Source: Candidatus Moraniibacteriota bacterium (GTDB taxonomy: Bacteria; Patescibacteriota; Minisyncoccia; Moranbacterales; UBA1568). From it: DNA of 64,000 nucleotides. Position 1 is the first letter of the stretch, and every line of letters begins with the position of its first letter. The DNA lies in NCBI GenBank assembly GCA_018061645.1, contig JAGOTT010000004.1, forward strand, positions 4,784-68,783, read 5' to 3'. Shown here one piece after another: positions 9,911-20,688 of the stretch. The notes under the pieces were generated by a model. That model had not been told where the DNA came from. It was given only the letters and a program-made list of their open reading frames with translations, and searched no databases. A program made the translations under genes and the position numbers.

Positions 9911-10563
9911 TCGTTGACGGGTTGTTCTTTCTTCTCTGAAAAGCGCAAGGAAAGCATTTCTATCGTCTCCTTCGTCACGACAAGATATTCATGGTTCAGA
10001 AGATCGTAGGCACTCATATTCTCCGCAAGGATATTCGTCGTTCTGTCGATATTCCGACTCATCCGTTCATTATCCCGTTCAGAAGCCGAAAATCCGAGAA
10101 GAGCCTTTCCTGGACGCGCGCCAAGTTTCGCAAGCAGTTCCGAAAATTCCCGAGTTTTCTTCGTTTCGAAGGCGAAAGAATCGACGATTCGAAGTTTCTC
10201 CGAACGGAATTTCTCCGATAATGCCACACAAAGGGCCTTCTGCCGCATCTTCCGGTTCGTAACTTTTGAGAAGTTCCGATCCTTGGTCGGACCGAACGTC
10301 ACCCCGCCTTTCCTCCAAAGAGGGCTGCGGACGGCTCCGGCGCGCGCGCGACCCGTTCCCTTCTGTTTCCATGGCTTCTTTCCTGACCCGGCACGCTCGC
10401 CGCGATCTTTCGTATGGGCAATCGGACTTCGAAGGTTCGCTGAAATCGCGACATAAATCTGATGGAGCAACGTGTCATTCCCCGGAACGCCGAAAACGGA
10501 CTCGGGAAGTTCGATATCCCCCTTCTTTTCACCCTTCGTATCGTAAAGCGGAGCCTTCAACAT
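9907..10563 (-). CDS. rplD: 50S ribosomal protein L4
   Basis: 218 aa with ...SGKKPWKQKGTGRAR. Confidence 0.9.
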   Translation of the reverse strand: MLKAPLYDTKGEKKGDIELPESVFGVPGNDTLLHQIYVAISANLRSPIAHTKDRGERAGSGKKPWKQKGTGRARAGAVRSPLWRKGGVTFGPTKDRNFSKVTNRKMRQKALCVALSEKFRSEKLRIVDSFAFETKKTREFSELLAKLGARPGKALLGFSASERDNERMSRNIDRTTNILAENMSAYDLLNHEYLVVTKETIEMLSLRFSEKKEQPVND

Positions 10564-10581
10564 ATTTCTGATATTCTTCTC

Positions 10582-11202
10582 TTATTTCCCACCGACCTTC
10601 CGACCCATTCCACGGATACCGATCAATCCTCCGTTCACACCGGGAATCGCCCCCCGAAGTGCGATCAGGCCTTTCTCGATATCGACGGAAACGACCCGGA
10701 GGCCACGAACCGTGAAATTCTTCCCGCCCATACGGCCGGCCATACGACGACCCTTCACGACGTGCTCCGGAAAAGTCGCGCCGATGGATCCCGGCTTCCT
10801 GATATCGTGCTTCCGCCCATGACTCGTGGTCTGTCCGCCGAACCCATGTCGTTTCACGACGCCCTGGAATCCTTTCGCCTTCGTCACGCCGATCACATCG
10901 ACGATATCACCTGGCTCAAAAATGGAAAGCGAGACCGAATCGCCGACTTTCGGCTCACCGATGATGCCCGTCGCGGAGATCTCATCCTTTCCTTTCGCCG
11001 TGAACGGCGGCCGGAATTCCTTTTTCACGGTCTTACGAGTCGTCTTTTTCGCTTCCACCTGTACGGCGGCATATCCGTCCCGTTCAAGCGTCCGCACAAG
11101 CGTCACGACATTCGGCTCGCACGAAACGAGCGTCACGTTCTCCGAGGAAACTCCCTCATGAAGCGTCGTCATGCCAAGTTTTTTTCCGATGAGGAATTTC
11201 AT
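10582..11202 (-). CDS. rplC: 50S ribosomal protein L3
   Basis: Trimmed to MKFLIGKKLGMT (ATG at 11200-11202, with AGGAA 7 nt upstream). Confidence 0.9.
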   Translation of the reverse strand: MKFLIGKKLGMTTLHEGVSSENVTLVSCEPNVVTLVRTLERDGYAAVQVEAKKTTRKTVKKEFRPPFTAKGKDEISATGIIGEPKVGDSVSLSIFEPGDIVDVIGVTKAKGFQGVVKRHGFGGQTTSHGRKHDIRKPGSIGATFPEHVVKGRRMAGRMGGKNFTVRGLRVVSVDIEKGLIALRGAIPGVNGGLIGIRGMGRKVGGK

Positions 11203-11330
11203 ACTGTTCCTATAGATTCCGATAAACAAAAAGCCGGTTCCCTCTTCAGCCAAACCGCCTTTCGCGACTGGCCCGTTCAGTATCCCGGAAATCCGGGACT
11301 TTAACGAGTTTTATGTTGTCTCTCAGACTA

Positions 11331-11660
11331 CTACATCTTGATTTCCACGTCCACCCCCGTCGGCAGATCCAGATTCGTCAGGGAATCGATCGTTTTCGGT
11401 GTCGGGTTCATGATGTCGATAAGGCGTTTGTGCACCCGCATCTCGAACTGGTCGCGAGAATTCTTATGCACGAAAGTCGACCGATTCACCGTCACCTTGT
11501 GTATCTCGGTCGGAAGCGGAACCGGACCCGTTATGGTCGCGCCGCTCCGTTCCGCGGTCTCGACGATCTTCCTGGCGGATTGATCGATCACCTTATGATC
11601 ATACGCCTTGATCTTCACGCGCATCCGCGTTCCTTCCTCGTGATTCGTTTTTTTGGCCAT
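11331..11660 (-). CDS. rpsJ: 30S ribosomal protein S10
   Basis: Trimmed to [22 protein letters not shown] (ATG at 11658-11660). Confidence 0.9.
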   Translation of the reverse strand: MAKKTNHEEGTRMRVKIKAYDHKVIDQSARKIVETAERSGATITGPVPLPTEIHKVTVNRSTFVHKNSRDQFEMRVHKRLIDIMNPTPKTIDSLTNLDLPTGVDVEIKM

Positions 11661-11772
11661 TGCCGTTTCCTTGGTGGTTATCCGACTTTCCGATCTTTTC
11701 CACATCCTTTTTCAGGGAATGATTGCGGGCAGAAACGGTTCCGCCCGCGCGATCCCCAGAAACAGGGTCTAT

Positions 11773-12963
11773 TTACTTGATAATCTTCGTCGTGGCGCCG
11801 GCACCGACCGTGCGACCACCCTCGCGGATTGCGAAACGCATCCCCTCTTCCATCGCGACCGGGGCGATAAGCTTTATCTTGAGAGAAACCGTGTCGCCAG
11901 GCATCACCATCTCGGTCCCTTCCGGAAGCTCCACTTCACCGGTCACATCCGTCGTTCGGATATAGAACTGCGGCTTGTAACCTTTGAAGAACGGCGTATG
12001 GCGCCCGCCTTCCTCCTTCGTAAGGATATAGATTTGCCCCTCGAATTCGGTATGCGGCGTGATCGATCCCGGTTTCGCGAGAACCTGCCCGCGCTCCACG
12101 TCATCCTTTTTGATACCACGGATAAGGAGTCCAGCGTTATCGCCGGCGACACCCTTGTCGAGCTGCTTATTGAACATCTCGACTCCGGTAACGACGGTCT
12201 TCGCGGTATCCTTGAGACCGACGATCTCGACTTCCTCGTTGATGTTCACCGTTCCGCGTTCGATGCGGCCGGTCACGACGGTGCCGCGACCTTCGATCGA
12301 GAAAATGTCTTCGATCGGCATAAGGAACGGTTTTTCGGTGTCACGAACCGGCTCCGGAATCTTCGAGTCGAGTGCGGCGATAAGATCGAGTACCGGCTTC
12401 GCTCCCTCATCATCAACCGACTTCGCCTCAAGCGCCTTGAGAGCGGATCCGCGAATCACCGCGGCATTGTCGCCGTCGAATTCATATTTGGTGAGCAATT
12501 CGCGGACTTCGGCCTCGACGAGGTCGACGAGCTCCGGATCGTCAACCATATCCACCTTGTTGAGGAAAACGACGATCTCCGGAACACCGACCTGACGCGC
12601 AAGCAGGATGTGCTCGCGGGTCTGCGGCATCGGACCGTCCGTCGCGGCCACTACGAGGATGGCGCCGTCCATCTGCGCGGCACCCGTGATCATGTTCTTG
12701 ATATAGTCGGCGTGCCCGGGGCAGTCGACGTGCGCATAGTGACGGGCGTCGGATTCGTATTCGCAGTGCGCCGTCGCGATGGTGATACCGCGCTCCTTCT
12801 CTTCCGGAGCCTTGTCAATCTCGTCGATTCCTTTCACCTTCGCGAACCCCTTGAAGGAAAGCACGTTCAGGATGGCCGCCGTAAGGGTGGTCTTTCCGTG
12901 GTCGACATGACCGATAGTACCGACATTGACGTGCGGTTTTGTCCGCTGAAACTGTTCCGCCAT
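11773..12963 (-). CDS. tuf: elongation factor Tu
   Basis: Trimmed to [26 protein letters not shown] (ATG at 12961-12963). Confidence 0.95.
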   Translation of the reverse strand: MAEQFQRTKPHVNVGTIGHVDHGKTTLTAAILNVLSFKGFAKVKGIDEIDKAPEEKERGITIATAHCEYESDARHYAHVDCPGHADYIKNMITGAAQMDGAILVVAATDGPMPQTREHILLARQVGVPEIVVFLNKVDMVDDPELVDLVEAEVRELLTKYEFDGDNAAVIRGSALKALEAKSVDDEGAKPVLDLIAALDSKIPEPVRDTEKPFLMPIEDIFSIEGRGTVVTGRIERGTVNINEEVEIVGLKDTAKTVVTGVEMFNKQLDKGVAGDNAGLLIRGIKKDDVERGQVLAKPGSITPHTEFEGQIYILTKEEGGRHTPFFKGYKPQFYIRTTDVTGEVELPEGTEMVMPGDTVSLKIKLIAPVAMEEGMRFAIREGGRTVGAGATTKIIK

Positions 12964-13236
12964 AGCTTTGAGATAGCGAATTATTATTATGTTACCCTGC
13001 GAGAAGTCTCTCATGAAAGGGGAAACAAAAACCCCGGATTCCCTGAGAGAAAACATCATTTTGAATCCTAACCGAAGCGCATCCTTTTGTCAACCCCGCC
13101 GCTTCTTTTCGAAACATCATCCGATTTCGGTCATCCGAACCGAGAGGCGGCTTCGCTTTTCGGTACCGTCATAACCGGAAAATTTCCTGATAGCAAAGCC
13201 CGAATCAACTCCGAACGCCGATTAATCGAAATATGC

Positions 13237-15348
13237 TTACACCGTCCCGCCTTTTGCCGCCATACCTTGCCGATTCCCGATGATTTCGGTCGCTACGTTC
13301 GTCGGAACCTCCGCATAATGACCGAACTCCATCGAATAGCTCGCCCGTCCCTGGGACATGGAGCGGAGCTGGGTCGCATACCCGAACATCGACGCAAGCG
13401 GGACGTCGGCATGGATTTCCTTCACGCGAGCGTTCCCTTCGCCGCGATCATGCATCTCCCGTATCATCCCACGCTTCGCGTTGAGATCTCCGACGATATC
13501 GCCCATGAACTGCTCCGGAGTGATCGAGACGACGTTCATGATCGGCTCAAGGATGACCGGCTTCGCGCGTCGGGCAGCCTCCTTGAAGCCCATGGATCCG
13601 GCGATCTTGAACGCCGCTTCCGAAGAATCGACATCGTGGAAGGATCCGTCGTAGAGCGTGACTTTCACGTCGACCATCGGGTACCCGGCAAGTACGCCCG
13701 TCTGCATCGCCTCGGAAACTCCGCGATCGATCGGCTTGATGAACTCCTGCGGAATGACCCCGCCCTTGATCTCATCGACGAATTCGTATCCCTTCCCAGA
13801 TTCGAGCGGCTCCACTCGGAGCCAGCAGTGGCCGTACTGGCCACGACCGCCGGACTGGCGGATATATTTGCCTTCCGCCTGAGCTTTTTCACGGATCGTC
13901 TCGCGATACGCGACCTGCGGACGACCGACGTTGACCTCCACCTTGAATTCGCGTTTCATGCGATCGACGATGATATCGAGGTGCAACTCGCCCATGCCGG
14001 AAAGGATCGTTTGTCCGGTCTCCTCGTCCGTATGGACACGGAAGGTCGGATCTTCCTCGGACAGTTTCTTGAGCGCGACACCCATCTTCTCCTGGTCAGG
14101 CTTCGTCTTCGGTTCGATGGAAATGTCGATAACCGGTTCCGGAAACGTGATCGACTCGAGCAGGATCGGATGGTCGACATCACAGAGCGTATTGCCGGTC
14201 GTCGTGACCTTCATGCCGACCAAGGCGCCGATATCGCCTGCATGGATATCGTCGATCTCTTCGCGATGATTCGCATGCATGCGGACGATGCGCCCCACAC
14301 GTTCTTTCTCGTTTTTCGAAGAATTGAGCACGTAGCTCCCCGCCTTGAGCGATCCGGAATAGACACGGAAGAATGTAAGCTGTCCGATGAACGGATCGGT
14401 CGCCACCTTGAACGCAAGCGCCGAGAAAGGCGCGTCGTCGCGCGTTTCCTGCGGAACCTGTTCCCCGGTCTTCACGCTTTCTCCCATGACCGCCGGCACA
14501 TCCTGAGGCGACGGGAGGAAATCGATGACCGCGTCGAGCACGAGCTGCACGCCCTTGTTGCGGAGCGCTGTGCCGGTATACACCGGGACGAGTCGCACCG
14601 TAAGCACCGCTTTTCGGAGCGCTTCTTTCAGTTCCGCAAGGGAGATTTCCCCGCCCTCGAGATATTTCGTCGCGAGCTCGTCATCCGTCTCGGAAATCTT
14701 CTCGACGAGCGTCTCGCGCCATTTCTTCGCGGAATCGGCATACTCCGCCGGAATATCGACTTCGACGACCTTCTCGCCCATCTCGCCTTCGAAGGTATAG
14801 GCCTTCATGGTAAGAAGATCGACGACACCATAGAAGTCCCCACGCTCCCCGAGAGGGATTTGCATCGCGATCGCGTTCGGTGTGAGGCGATTCCAGATGG
14901 ATTCGAGCGCGACGAAGAAATCCGCGCCTTCCTTGTCGATCTTGTTGATGAAACAGATGCGCGGAACGTGATATTTCTCCGCCTGGCGCCACACGGTCTC
15001 GGACTGCGGTTCGACGCCTTCCTTCCCGTCGAACACGACGACACCGCCGTCGAGAACGCGCAAAGAACGCTCCACCTCGACGGTGAAGTCCACATGCCCG
15101 GGAGTGTCGATGATATTGATCTGATGGTCCTTCCAAAAACAGGTCGTCGCGGCCGACGTGATCGTGATGCCGCGTTCCTGTTCCTGCTCCATCCAGTCCA
15201 TGGTCGCCGCACCTTCGTGCACCTCGCCTATCTTGTGGGTGATACCGGTATAAAAGAGAACGCGTTCCGTCGTCGTCGTCTTTCCCGCATCGATATGCGC
15301 GATGATGCCGATGTTTCGGATCTTATCGATAGACCGTAAACGAGCCAT
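13237..15348 (-). CDS. fusA: elongation factor G
   Basis: [28 protein letters not shown]; 703 aa. Confidence 0.95.
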   Translation of the reverse strand: MARLRSIDKIRNIGIIAHIDAGKTTTTERVLFYTGITHKIGEVHEGAATMDWMEQEQERGITITSAATTCFWKDHQINIIDTPGHVDFTVEVERSLRVLDGGVVVFDGKEGVEPQSETVWRQAEKYHVPRICFINKIDKEGADFFVALESIWNRLTPNAIAMQIPLGERGDFYGVVDLLTMKAYTFEGEMGEKVVEVDIPAEYADSAKKWRETLVEKISETDDELATKYLEGGEISLAELKEALRKAVLTVRLVPVYTGTALRNKGVQLVLDAVIDFLPSPQDVPAVMGESVKTGEQVPQETRDDAPFSALAFKVATDPFIGQLTFFRVYSGSLKAGSYVLNSSKNEKERVGRIVRMHANHREEIDDIHAGDIGALVGMKVTTTGNTLCDVDHPILLESITFPEPVIDISIEPKTKPDQEKMGVALKKLSEEDPTFRVHTDEETGQTILSGMGELHLDIIVDRMKREFKVEVNVGRPQVAYRETIREKAQAEGKYIRQSGGRGQYGHCWLRVEPLESGKGYEFVDEIKGGVIPQEFIKPIDRGVSEAMQTGVLAGYPMVDVKVTLYDGSFHDVDSSEAAFKIAGSMGFKEAARRAKPVILEPIMNVVSITPEQFMGDIVGDLNAKRGMIREMHDRGEGNARVKEIHADVPLASMFGYATQLRSMSQGRASYSMEFGHYAEVPTNVATEIIGNRQGMAAKGGTV

Positions 15349-15464
15349 ACACTATTGAGTTAGAAATTTATTTATTCTTTGGAATTCGAGGAAGAATCGT
15401 CCGATAAACACAAAGACCGCGGTGAAGCGATCCGTGTATCCTCACGACGGTTTGGAACGGACGC

Positions 15465-15932
15465 TTACGCGAAGTGCGCGAACGCCTTGTTCGCCTCCGC
15501 CATGCGATGCACTTCTTCGCGTTTCTTCATGGCCGTTCCGGCCTTGTTCGCGGCATCAATCAGCTCATCAGCAAGTTTCTCCGCCATCGCCTTTCCCGCA
15601 CGCTTGCGGCAGGCATCACGGATCCAGCGCATCGCAAGCGTCTGCCGACGATCCCCGGACACCGGAATCGGTACCTGATAGTTCGCTCCGCCGACGCGAC
15701 GACTCTTGAGTTCGAGAAGTGGCGAGACGTTCTTTATGGCCTGCTCGAACGTATTGAGGCCGCCTTTCTTGGTACGGTCGTGGATGACATCGAACGCATC
15801 ATAGATGATCTGTTCGGCGACGCTCCGCTTGCCGTTCCACATGATAAGACCAATGAAGTGACCCACGAGCGGGCTCTCATACTTCACGTCGGCCGGCCAC
15901 GGCTTCTTATATTGTCGCTTTCTTCGAGGCAT
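15465..15932 (-). CDS. rpsG: 30S ribosomal protein S7
   Basis: MPRRKRQYKKPWPADVKY... Confidence 0.95.
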   Translation of the reverse strand: MPRRKRQYKKPWPADVKYESPLVGHFIGLIMWNGKRSVAEQIIYDAFDVIHDRTKKGGLNTFEQAIKNVSPLLELKSRRVGGANYQVPIPVSGDRRQTLAMRWIRDACRKRAGKAMAEKLADELIDAANKAGTAMKKREEVHRMAEANKAFAHFA

Positions 15933-16038
15933 AGTTCATTTCGATATCAAAGTGTAAAATTCAAAAATCAAATTTTTTGTATGTCGCGAGCGACATTCGA
16001 CATTTTCATTTTGAGATTTGCATTTTCCATTTCGCCGG

Positions 16039-16458
16039 CTAATCCTTCTTCTTCTCCTTCTTCGCGCCGTATTTCGATCGGCTCTGCTTCCGCGCGGAGA
16101 CGCCTGCGGAGTCGAGGACGCCGCGGACGATATGATAGCGGACACCGGGAAGATCCTTCACTCGACCCCCGCGGATCATGACGATGGAGTGTTCCTGGAG
16201 GTTGTGCCCTTCGCCAGGAATATAGGCGGATACTTCCATGCCGTTCGAAAGCCGGACACGGGCAATTTTCCGAAGCGCGGAGTTCGGCTTCTTCGGCGTC
16301 ACGGTCGTGACCTTCACGCACACCCCGCGCTTGAACGGGCTCCACGAGTAGGTCTTCCGGTTCTTGATGGTGTTCGTGAAATATGACATCGCCGGAGATT
16401 TCGATTTCCGGGCATCGGTCTTCCGTCCGCTCTTCACCAGCTGGTTGATAGTCGGCAT
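16039..16458 (-). CDS. rpsL: 30S ribosomal protein S12
   Basis: Trimmed to [13 protein letters not shown] (ATG at 16456-16458). Confidence 0.9.
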   Translation of the reverse strand: MPTINQLVKSGRKTDARKSKSPAMSYFTNTIKNRKTYSWSPFKRGVCVKVTTVTPKKPNSALRKIARVRLSNGMEVSAYIPGEGHNLQEHSIVMIRGGRVKDLPGVRYHIVRGVLDSAGVSARKQSRSKYGAKKEKKKD

Positions 16459-16582
16459 TCCTTTGAGAAGTGAAAACAAAATGAAAAAGCGTATACACGC
16501 GCTCGTAGAAGCCATGGTAGACGAAAGAAGAAAACTTGTCAACACGCGGTAAACCCGGGTCCGAACGATCGAACCCTCGGGA

Positions 16583-17305
16583 TCAGAACAGAAGTCCGAA
16601 GAAGAAACCGAGCGCCGGATACACCACAGCTGAAATGACGCCAGGGAACATGAATATGATGCCGATCAGGATGAAGAATCCCCACTGTTCGAGGAACCGG
16701 ACAGTCTCCTCCCGAAGATCGAAGAGCGAATAGACGAGCTTCGAGCCGTCCAGAGGCGGGATTGGGATGAGATTGAAGAACGCGAGTAGGACGTTCCAGA
16801 AAATGACGAGGAGACAGAGTCCGAAGAAAACGTTCGAAAACGATCCCGAAAGCGCGTCTGCGAACAATCCCCATCGATCGAAGAAGTCCCCGGATCCGGA
16901 TAACACGCCGATGAACCTGGAAAAAACGTCCTCTTTGGCGAGCGCTGATATCGGCAGAAGTTTTGCGACGATGACTGCCGAAAGAGCGAGAAGGATGTTC
17001 GAAACCGGTCCCGCGATCGCGACCAGGGCCGGTCCCCATTTCTGATTCCGGAGGTTATACGGATTATATGGCACCGGCTTCGCCCATCCGAACGCGAAAT
17101 GAAACAGGAAGAACATGGAAATCGGCACGATGATCGATCCGATCGGATCGATATGCTTCATCGGGTTCAGATTGAGCCGACCCGCATATTTCGCGGTCAG
17201 ATCCCCGAGCCACAGCGCGGCAATCCCATGCGACACCTCATGGATGATCACGGAATAGACGAGTGTGACGAAATAGAATCCGACAAGGACGAGTTCGTTG
17301 GCCAT
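16583..17305 (-). CDS. site-2 protease family (M50) zinc metalloprotease, membrane
   Basis: HEVSHGIAA HExxH motif inside a TM helix. Trimmed to [10 protein letters not shown] (ATG at 17303-17305). Confidence 0.7.
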   Translation of the reverse strand: MANELVLVGFYFVTLVYSVIIHEVSHGIAALWLGDLTAKYAGRLNLNPMKHIDPIGSIIVPISMFFLFHFAFGWAKPVPYNPYNLRNQKWGPALVAIAGPVSNILLALSAVIVAKLLPISALAKEDVFSRFIGVLSGSGDFFDRWGLFADALSGSFSNVFFGLCLLVIFWNVLLAFFNLIPIPPLDGSKLVYSLFDLREETVRFLEQWGFFILIGIIFMFPGVISAVVYPALGFFFGLLF

Positions 17306-17417
17306 AAGAGGAGAAGATAAAAGATAAGTGACGCATGATACGAAAACGATATTCCCACTTGCCATGATCACAAGTGTATGGTACATTCTTTCAGGTAACA
17401 TTTCAACCGATACGACT

Positions 17418-17594
17418 ATGAGCCGGGTATGCCAACTGACCGGTCGCGGAACGAGATCCGGACAACAGCGGAGCCACTCCAATATCGCCACCAAGCGGAA
17501 ATTCGCGATTAATCTTCAGACGAAGAAGATCGCCGGCGTCCGTGTCCGCATCTCGACGAAAGCGATCCGCACCCTCGCCAAATGGGCGAAATAG
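17418..17594 (+). CDS. rpmB: 50S ribosomal protein L28
   Basis: [29 protein letters not shown] (ATG at 17418), followed by a terminator. Confidence 0.85.
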   Translation: MSRVCQLTGRGTRSGQQRSHSNIATKRKFAINLQTKKIAGVRVRISTKAIRTLAKWAK

Positions 17595-17608
17595 GAAACG
17601 ATATGCGA

Positions 17609-17634
17609 AACACCCCGGAAACGGGGTGTTTTTT
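17609..17634 (+). terminator. rho-independent terminator after rpmB
   Basis: ACACCCCG-GAAA-CGGGGTGT hairpin followed by TTTTTT. Confidence 0.75.
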
Positions 17635-17660
17635 CGCGGATCGGATGGTATACTTCCGAC

Positions 17661-19826
17661 ATGACGACTACGGAATTCCGCCGCATCCTCAGCAAGAACG
17701 CTCCCTGGATCATCCCGGCAGCACTTTTTCTTATTGCCCTCGGCATACGGGTCGGATTTTTCATCTCGATGAAGGATGACCCGGTCCTCCTGTATCCGAT
17801 TCTCGACGCCGATTCCTACGCGAAATGGGCGAAACAGATCCTCTCCGGGACATCTTTCACGGAGCATGCCTATTTCACCGAACCCGGCTATGCGTTTCTG
17901 CTTGCCTTTTTCCTTCGCCTGTTCGAAGACGGGGAAACCGCCATCGTATTCTTTCAGATCCTCATCGGAAGTCTGACGCCGGTACTCATCTTCTGTGCCA
18001 CGAAACGGCTCGCCTCATCGATACTGGTCGCCGCGGTTTCCGGATTCCTCGCGACTCTCGCGGCACCGCCTGTCTTCTATGAAGTTCTCCTTCTCAAGAC
18101 TTCCGTCGAATTGTTTCTCCTTTCCATGCTCGCGCTCATCATCGCGGTCTCCTGGGAAAAACGCGACCCGAAACGCTTTTTCGGAATCGGTGTCATAATC
18201 GGCCTCACCGCACTCGTGAAGGCGAACATCCTCCTTGCGGCACCGATACTCGCGATTGCGACGCTTTTCCGAAATAGACGACCGGACAGATATACGGCCT
18301 ACGCGGCAATCGCGTTGATTTTCGGTGTCCTCCTCGCCATTTCTCCCGCTGCTATACGGAATTACTACACGGACGGGTCGCTCACCCTCATAAACGCATC
18401 CGGCGGTCCGAACCTCTACATCGGCGTCTGGGAAGGTGCCGACGGATCGCTCAAGCCGCCGGAATTCATTTCGGTTAATCCGGAACAGGAGGAGGCGACT
18501 TGGCGGGCATTCGCCGAAGCCTCCCTGAACCGGAAGCTTTCCGCGGACCAGGTCTCCGGATTTTGGACGAGCCAGGCAGCTCGGGAAATCATCGCGCATC
18601 CGGTACGGTTCGTCGATCTGACGTTGAAAAAAATCGGTCTCCTCATATCGTCCCGGGTACTCGACGACAACTATTTCCCGGGATACGGTACTGAACGGTT
18701 TCCTCCGCTCGGATACCTCCTGCCGGCATGGATACTCATCATCATGGGGATTCTCGGAACCGTCATCGCGATGACCGATCGGGCACTGCGCGCGCGATGG
18801 CTCCCCGTGGGACTCATAGCGCTCGTCTACGCGGGAACGCTCGTTCTCACGCACATCGCGGAACGGTACCGGCTCGCACTTCTCCCATTCCTGCTTCCCG
18901 GCGCAGGATTGTTCCTGGTCACGATGATCCGCCGTATCCGTTCCGGTTCGTTTTTGCCCATATTCTGGCTCGCGTTTCCATTCCTTATCCTCTCCGGATT
19001 CGCATTCTCATCGGGAGACGGTGCGAGTTCGACATCCGGACCGGACATGAAAATCGCCATCGCAAAGAAAGCATCCGATGCCGATGATCGAAAAGTCGCT
19101 CACTTGCTGGGCGACAGCGCTCTTCGGGAAAATCCCTTTCATGTCCCGTCGCTCCTTTCCACATCCCGCCTCGCGCTCGAGGAAGATCGTTTCGAGGACG
19201 CTCTCTCATATGCCCGCCGCGCACTCCGCGCCGATCCGGAAGCCGGAACCGCCGAGCTCGGCATCGCTTATGAGGCGACCACCGGAACACTCGCGGGAGA
19301 TACGCTTCGCGATTCGATCGAAGCGCTCTCCAGGCCATCCTCAGGAACAGGGAAAATTTCCGACCCGGATTATTGGACCGGTATGGATTTCTTCCGAAAA
19401 CGGGACTTTGAAAATGCTCTTCCATTCTTCGAACGAGCGGCCGCGCGCGATCCGGAAAACATGGCGGCACTCGGCAATCTCGCTACGACGTACAAGAATA
19501 CCGGGAAGCCAGACCTCGCCCTCCCCCTGTTCAAACGGATCATCGAAAAAGACCCATACAATCTTGCTATCCGTTTCAATCTCGCCCAGTTCCACGAAGC
19601 GAAAAAGGATGCGTTCGCGGCAATGAAGGAATACGAGTCGATCCAGACGATCGTCCCCGGATTCCATCTCGTCCGGTTCAACATCGCGGAGCTCGCCCTG
19701 AAACGAAACGACAAAAACCGCGCACGAACCGAGCTCTCGGCGTTCATCGATGAAAACCGCGGTGACCCGCGCAAGGAGCCGCTCGTCCGCGAAGCCGAGA
19801 GAACGCTCGAGCGGATCGGAAAGTGA
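17661..19826 (+). CDS. polytopic membrane glycosyltransferase (PMT/ArnT-like, GT39/GT83 fold) fused to a C-terminal TPR-repeat domain
   Basis: About 450 aa with more than 10 TM helices and PMT-like loops, then TPR-like repeats (AAARDPENMAALGNLATTYKNTGKPDLA...). Confidence 0.6.
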   Translation: MTTTEFRRILSKNAPWIIPAALFLIALGIRVGFFISMKDDPVLLYPILDADSYAKWAKQILSGTSFTEHAYFTEPGYAFLLAFFLRLFEDGETAIVFFQILIGSLTPVLIFCATKRLASSILVAAVSGFLATLAAPPVFYEVLLLKTSVELFLLSMLALIIAVSWEKRDPKRFFGIGVIIGLTALVKANILLAAPILAIATLFRNRRPDRYTAYAAIALIFGVLLAISPAAIRNYYTDGSLTLINASGGPNLYIGVWEGADGSLKPPEFISVNPEQEEATWRAFAEASLNRKLSADQVSGFWTSQAAREIIAHPVRFVDLTLKKIGLLISSRVLDDNYFPGYGTERFPPLGYLLPAWILIIMGILGTVIAMTDRALRARWLPVGLIALVYAGTLVLTHIAERYRLALLPFLLPGAGLFLVTMIRRIRSGSFLPIFWLAFPFLILSGFAFSSGDGASSTSGPDMKIAIAKKASDADDRKVAHLLGDSALRENPFHVPSLLSTSRLALEEDRFEDALSYARRALRADPEAGTAELGIAYEATTGTLAGDTLRDSIEALSRPSSGTGKISDPDYWTGMDFFRKRDFENALPFFERAAARDPENMAALGNLATTYKNTGKPDLALPLFKRIIEKDPYNLAIRFNLAQFHEAKKDAFAAMKEYESIQTIVPGFHLVRFNIAELALKRNDKNRARTELSAFIDENRGDPRKEPLVREAERTLERIGK

Positions 19827-19834
19827 TTTGATTG

Positions 19835-19905
19835 TCGGGGTAAGCGGAATCGAACCGCTCCTACGTGCACCCCATGCACGCGTACTGCCGATATACTATA
19901 CCCCG
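19835..19905 (-). tRNA. tRNA-Pro (anticodon GGG), no encoded CCA
   Basis: Cloverleaf read by hand: acceptor CGGGGTA/TACCCCG, anticodon arm CGTGC-ATGGGGT-GCACG, T-arm AGCGG-TTCGATT-CCGCT. Confidence 0.85.
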
Positions 19906-19976
19906 TTGCAATACATTCCTTGGTACCACGAAATCGGACAAATGAAAAGGAGGTCGTTATTACGACCTCCATGCAG

Positions 19977-20261
19977 CTACCACGGACGAGGGTAAAGAAC
20001 GATTCTCCGTCCCTCAAGGATCGGGATATGCGTCCCCTCGTAGCAGGTGCGAAGCCATCCGCGCAGCTTCGAGGCGAGACCCCTCTCCGAAAGGAGCTTC
20101 TCCTGCCGCTCCTTTTGTTCCCACAGGCGATGCCAACGCGGAGTATCATACTTCACGCTGGCAAGCCGGGTCAGCACATTGTTGTAGTCCGTGATGTGTT
20201 GACCAAGCAGGGCGTTCGCCTCCCGTACGGCGATTGCGGTATTGTCCGGATGATTCTGCAT
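19977..20261 (-). CDS. hypothetical 94-aa protein
   Basis: ATG at 20259-20261 preceded by GGAGGGG. It overlaps the upstream stop as ATGA. A terminator hairpin (19949-19970 plus T-run) follows the stop. Confidence 0.6.
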   Translation of the reverse strand: MQNHPDNTAIAVREANALLGQHITDYNNVLTRLASVKYDTPRWHRLWEQKERQEKLLSERGLASKLRGWLRTCYEGTHIPILEGRRIVLYPRPW

Positions 20262-20485
20262 CAACCCCTCCATGACGAGTGTTTGACCTTGAACTTGTCG
20301 ATGTGATATCCGACAAATCCGCCCTCACCATCCCGACGAACCCCATGGTTATCGAGAAAACCCTCCGGAAGCGTCTTCACGGGACGCTTGCACGTCCCAT
20401 TGCAGAGAACCGCTTTCGCGCAGGTTCTTCCGAATGCCAACAACTGACACTCCGGGTTAAAATCACAGCCCAACTTCTGGCCCAT
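20261..20485 (-). CDS. hypothetical 74-aa Cys-rich protein (C-x5-C-x9-C-x5-C-x3-C)
   Basis: ATG at 20483-20485 preceded by a strong SD AAAAGGAGAGA. The protein begins MGQKLGCDFNPECQLLAFGRTCAKAVLCNGTCKRP... Confidence 0.6.
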   Translation of the reverse strand: MGQKLGCDFNPECQLLAFGRTCAKAVLCNGTCKRPVKTLPEGFLDNHGVRRDGEGGFVGYHIDKFKVKHSSWRG

Positions 20486-20624
20486 TCGTCTCTCCTTTTT
20501 TTGTAAAAACAACGAAACAACAACACAACACCCCGATATTCCGGGAAACCGAAATGGCGGAACCTGTTTCCGCACATTTTCAGACATTATACACCATATT
20601 CTCATTTCCGTCAATGATAGAATC

Positions 20625-20654
20625 AAAAAATCCGCTCTTTCAAGCGGATTTTCT
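20625..20654. terminator. bidirectional rho-independent terminator downstream of ndk
   Basis: AAAAAATCCGCT-CTTTCA-AGCGGATTTTCT. Confidence 0.7.
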
Positions 20655-20688
20655 CTTACAAACAAGAAACGCGCCAAAATATCGGCCT

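Noticed and set aside
11653-15339. Long plus-strand ORFs (472 aa at 11653-13071; 750 aa at 13087-15339) and similar long ORFs antisense to rpoB/rpoC, gyrB, ftsZ and ftsA
   Set aside because: They lie exactly antisense to strongly conserved genes (tuf, fusA and others). Their composition is Arg/Asp/His-biased, as in out-of-frame GC-rich DNA, and they have no RBS. They are GC-skew frame artifacts.
16458-16545. N-terminal extensions given by the ORF track for rpsL, rplC, rplN, rplX, rpmC, rpsJ, tuf, rplF, ndk, nrdR, rpoC, rpmB and the M50 protease
   Set aside because: Conserved family N-termini begin at internal ATGs (checked codon by codon). The upstream portions are GTG/TTG-initiated open frames overlapping neighbouring genes.
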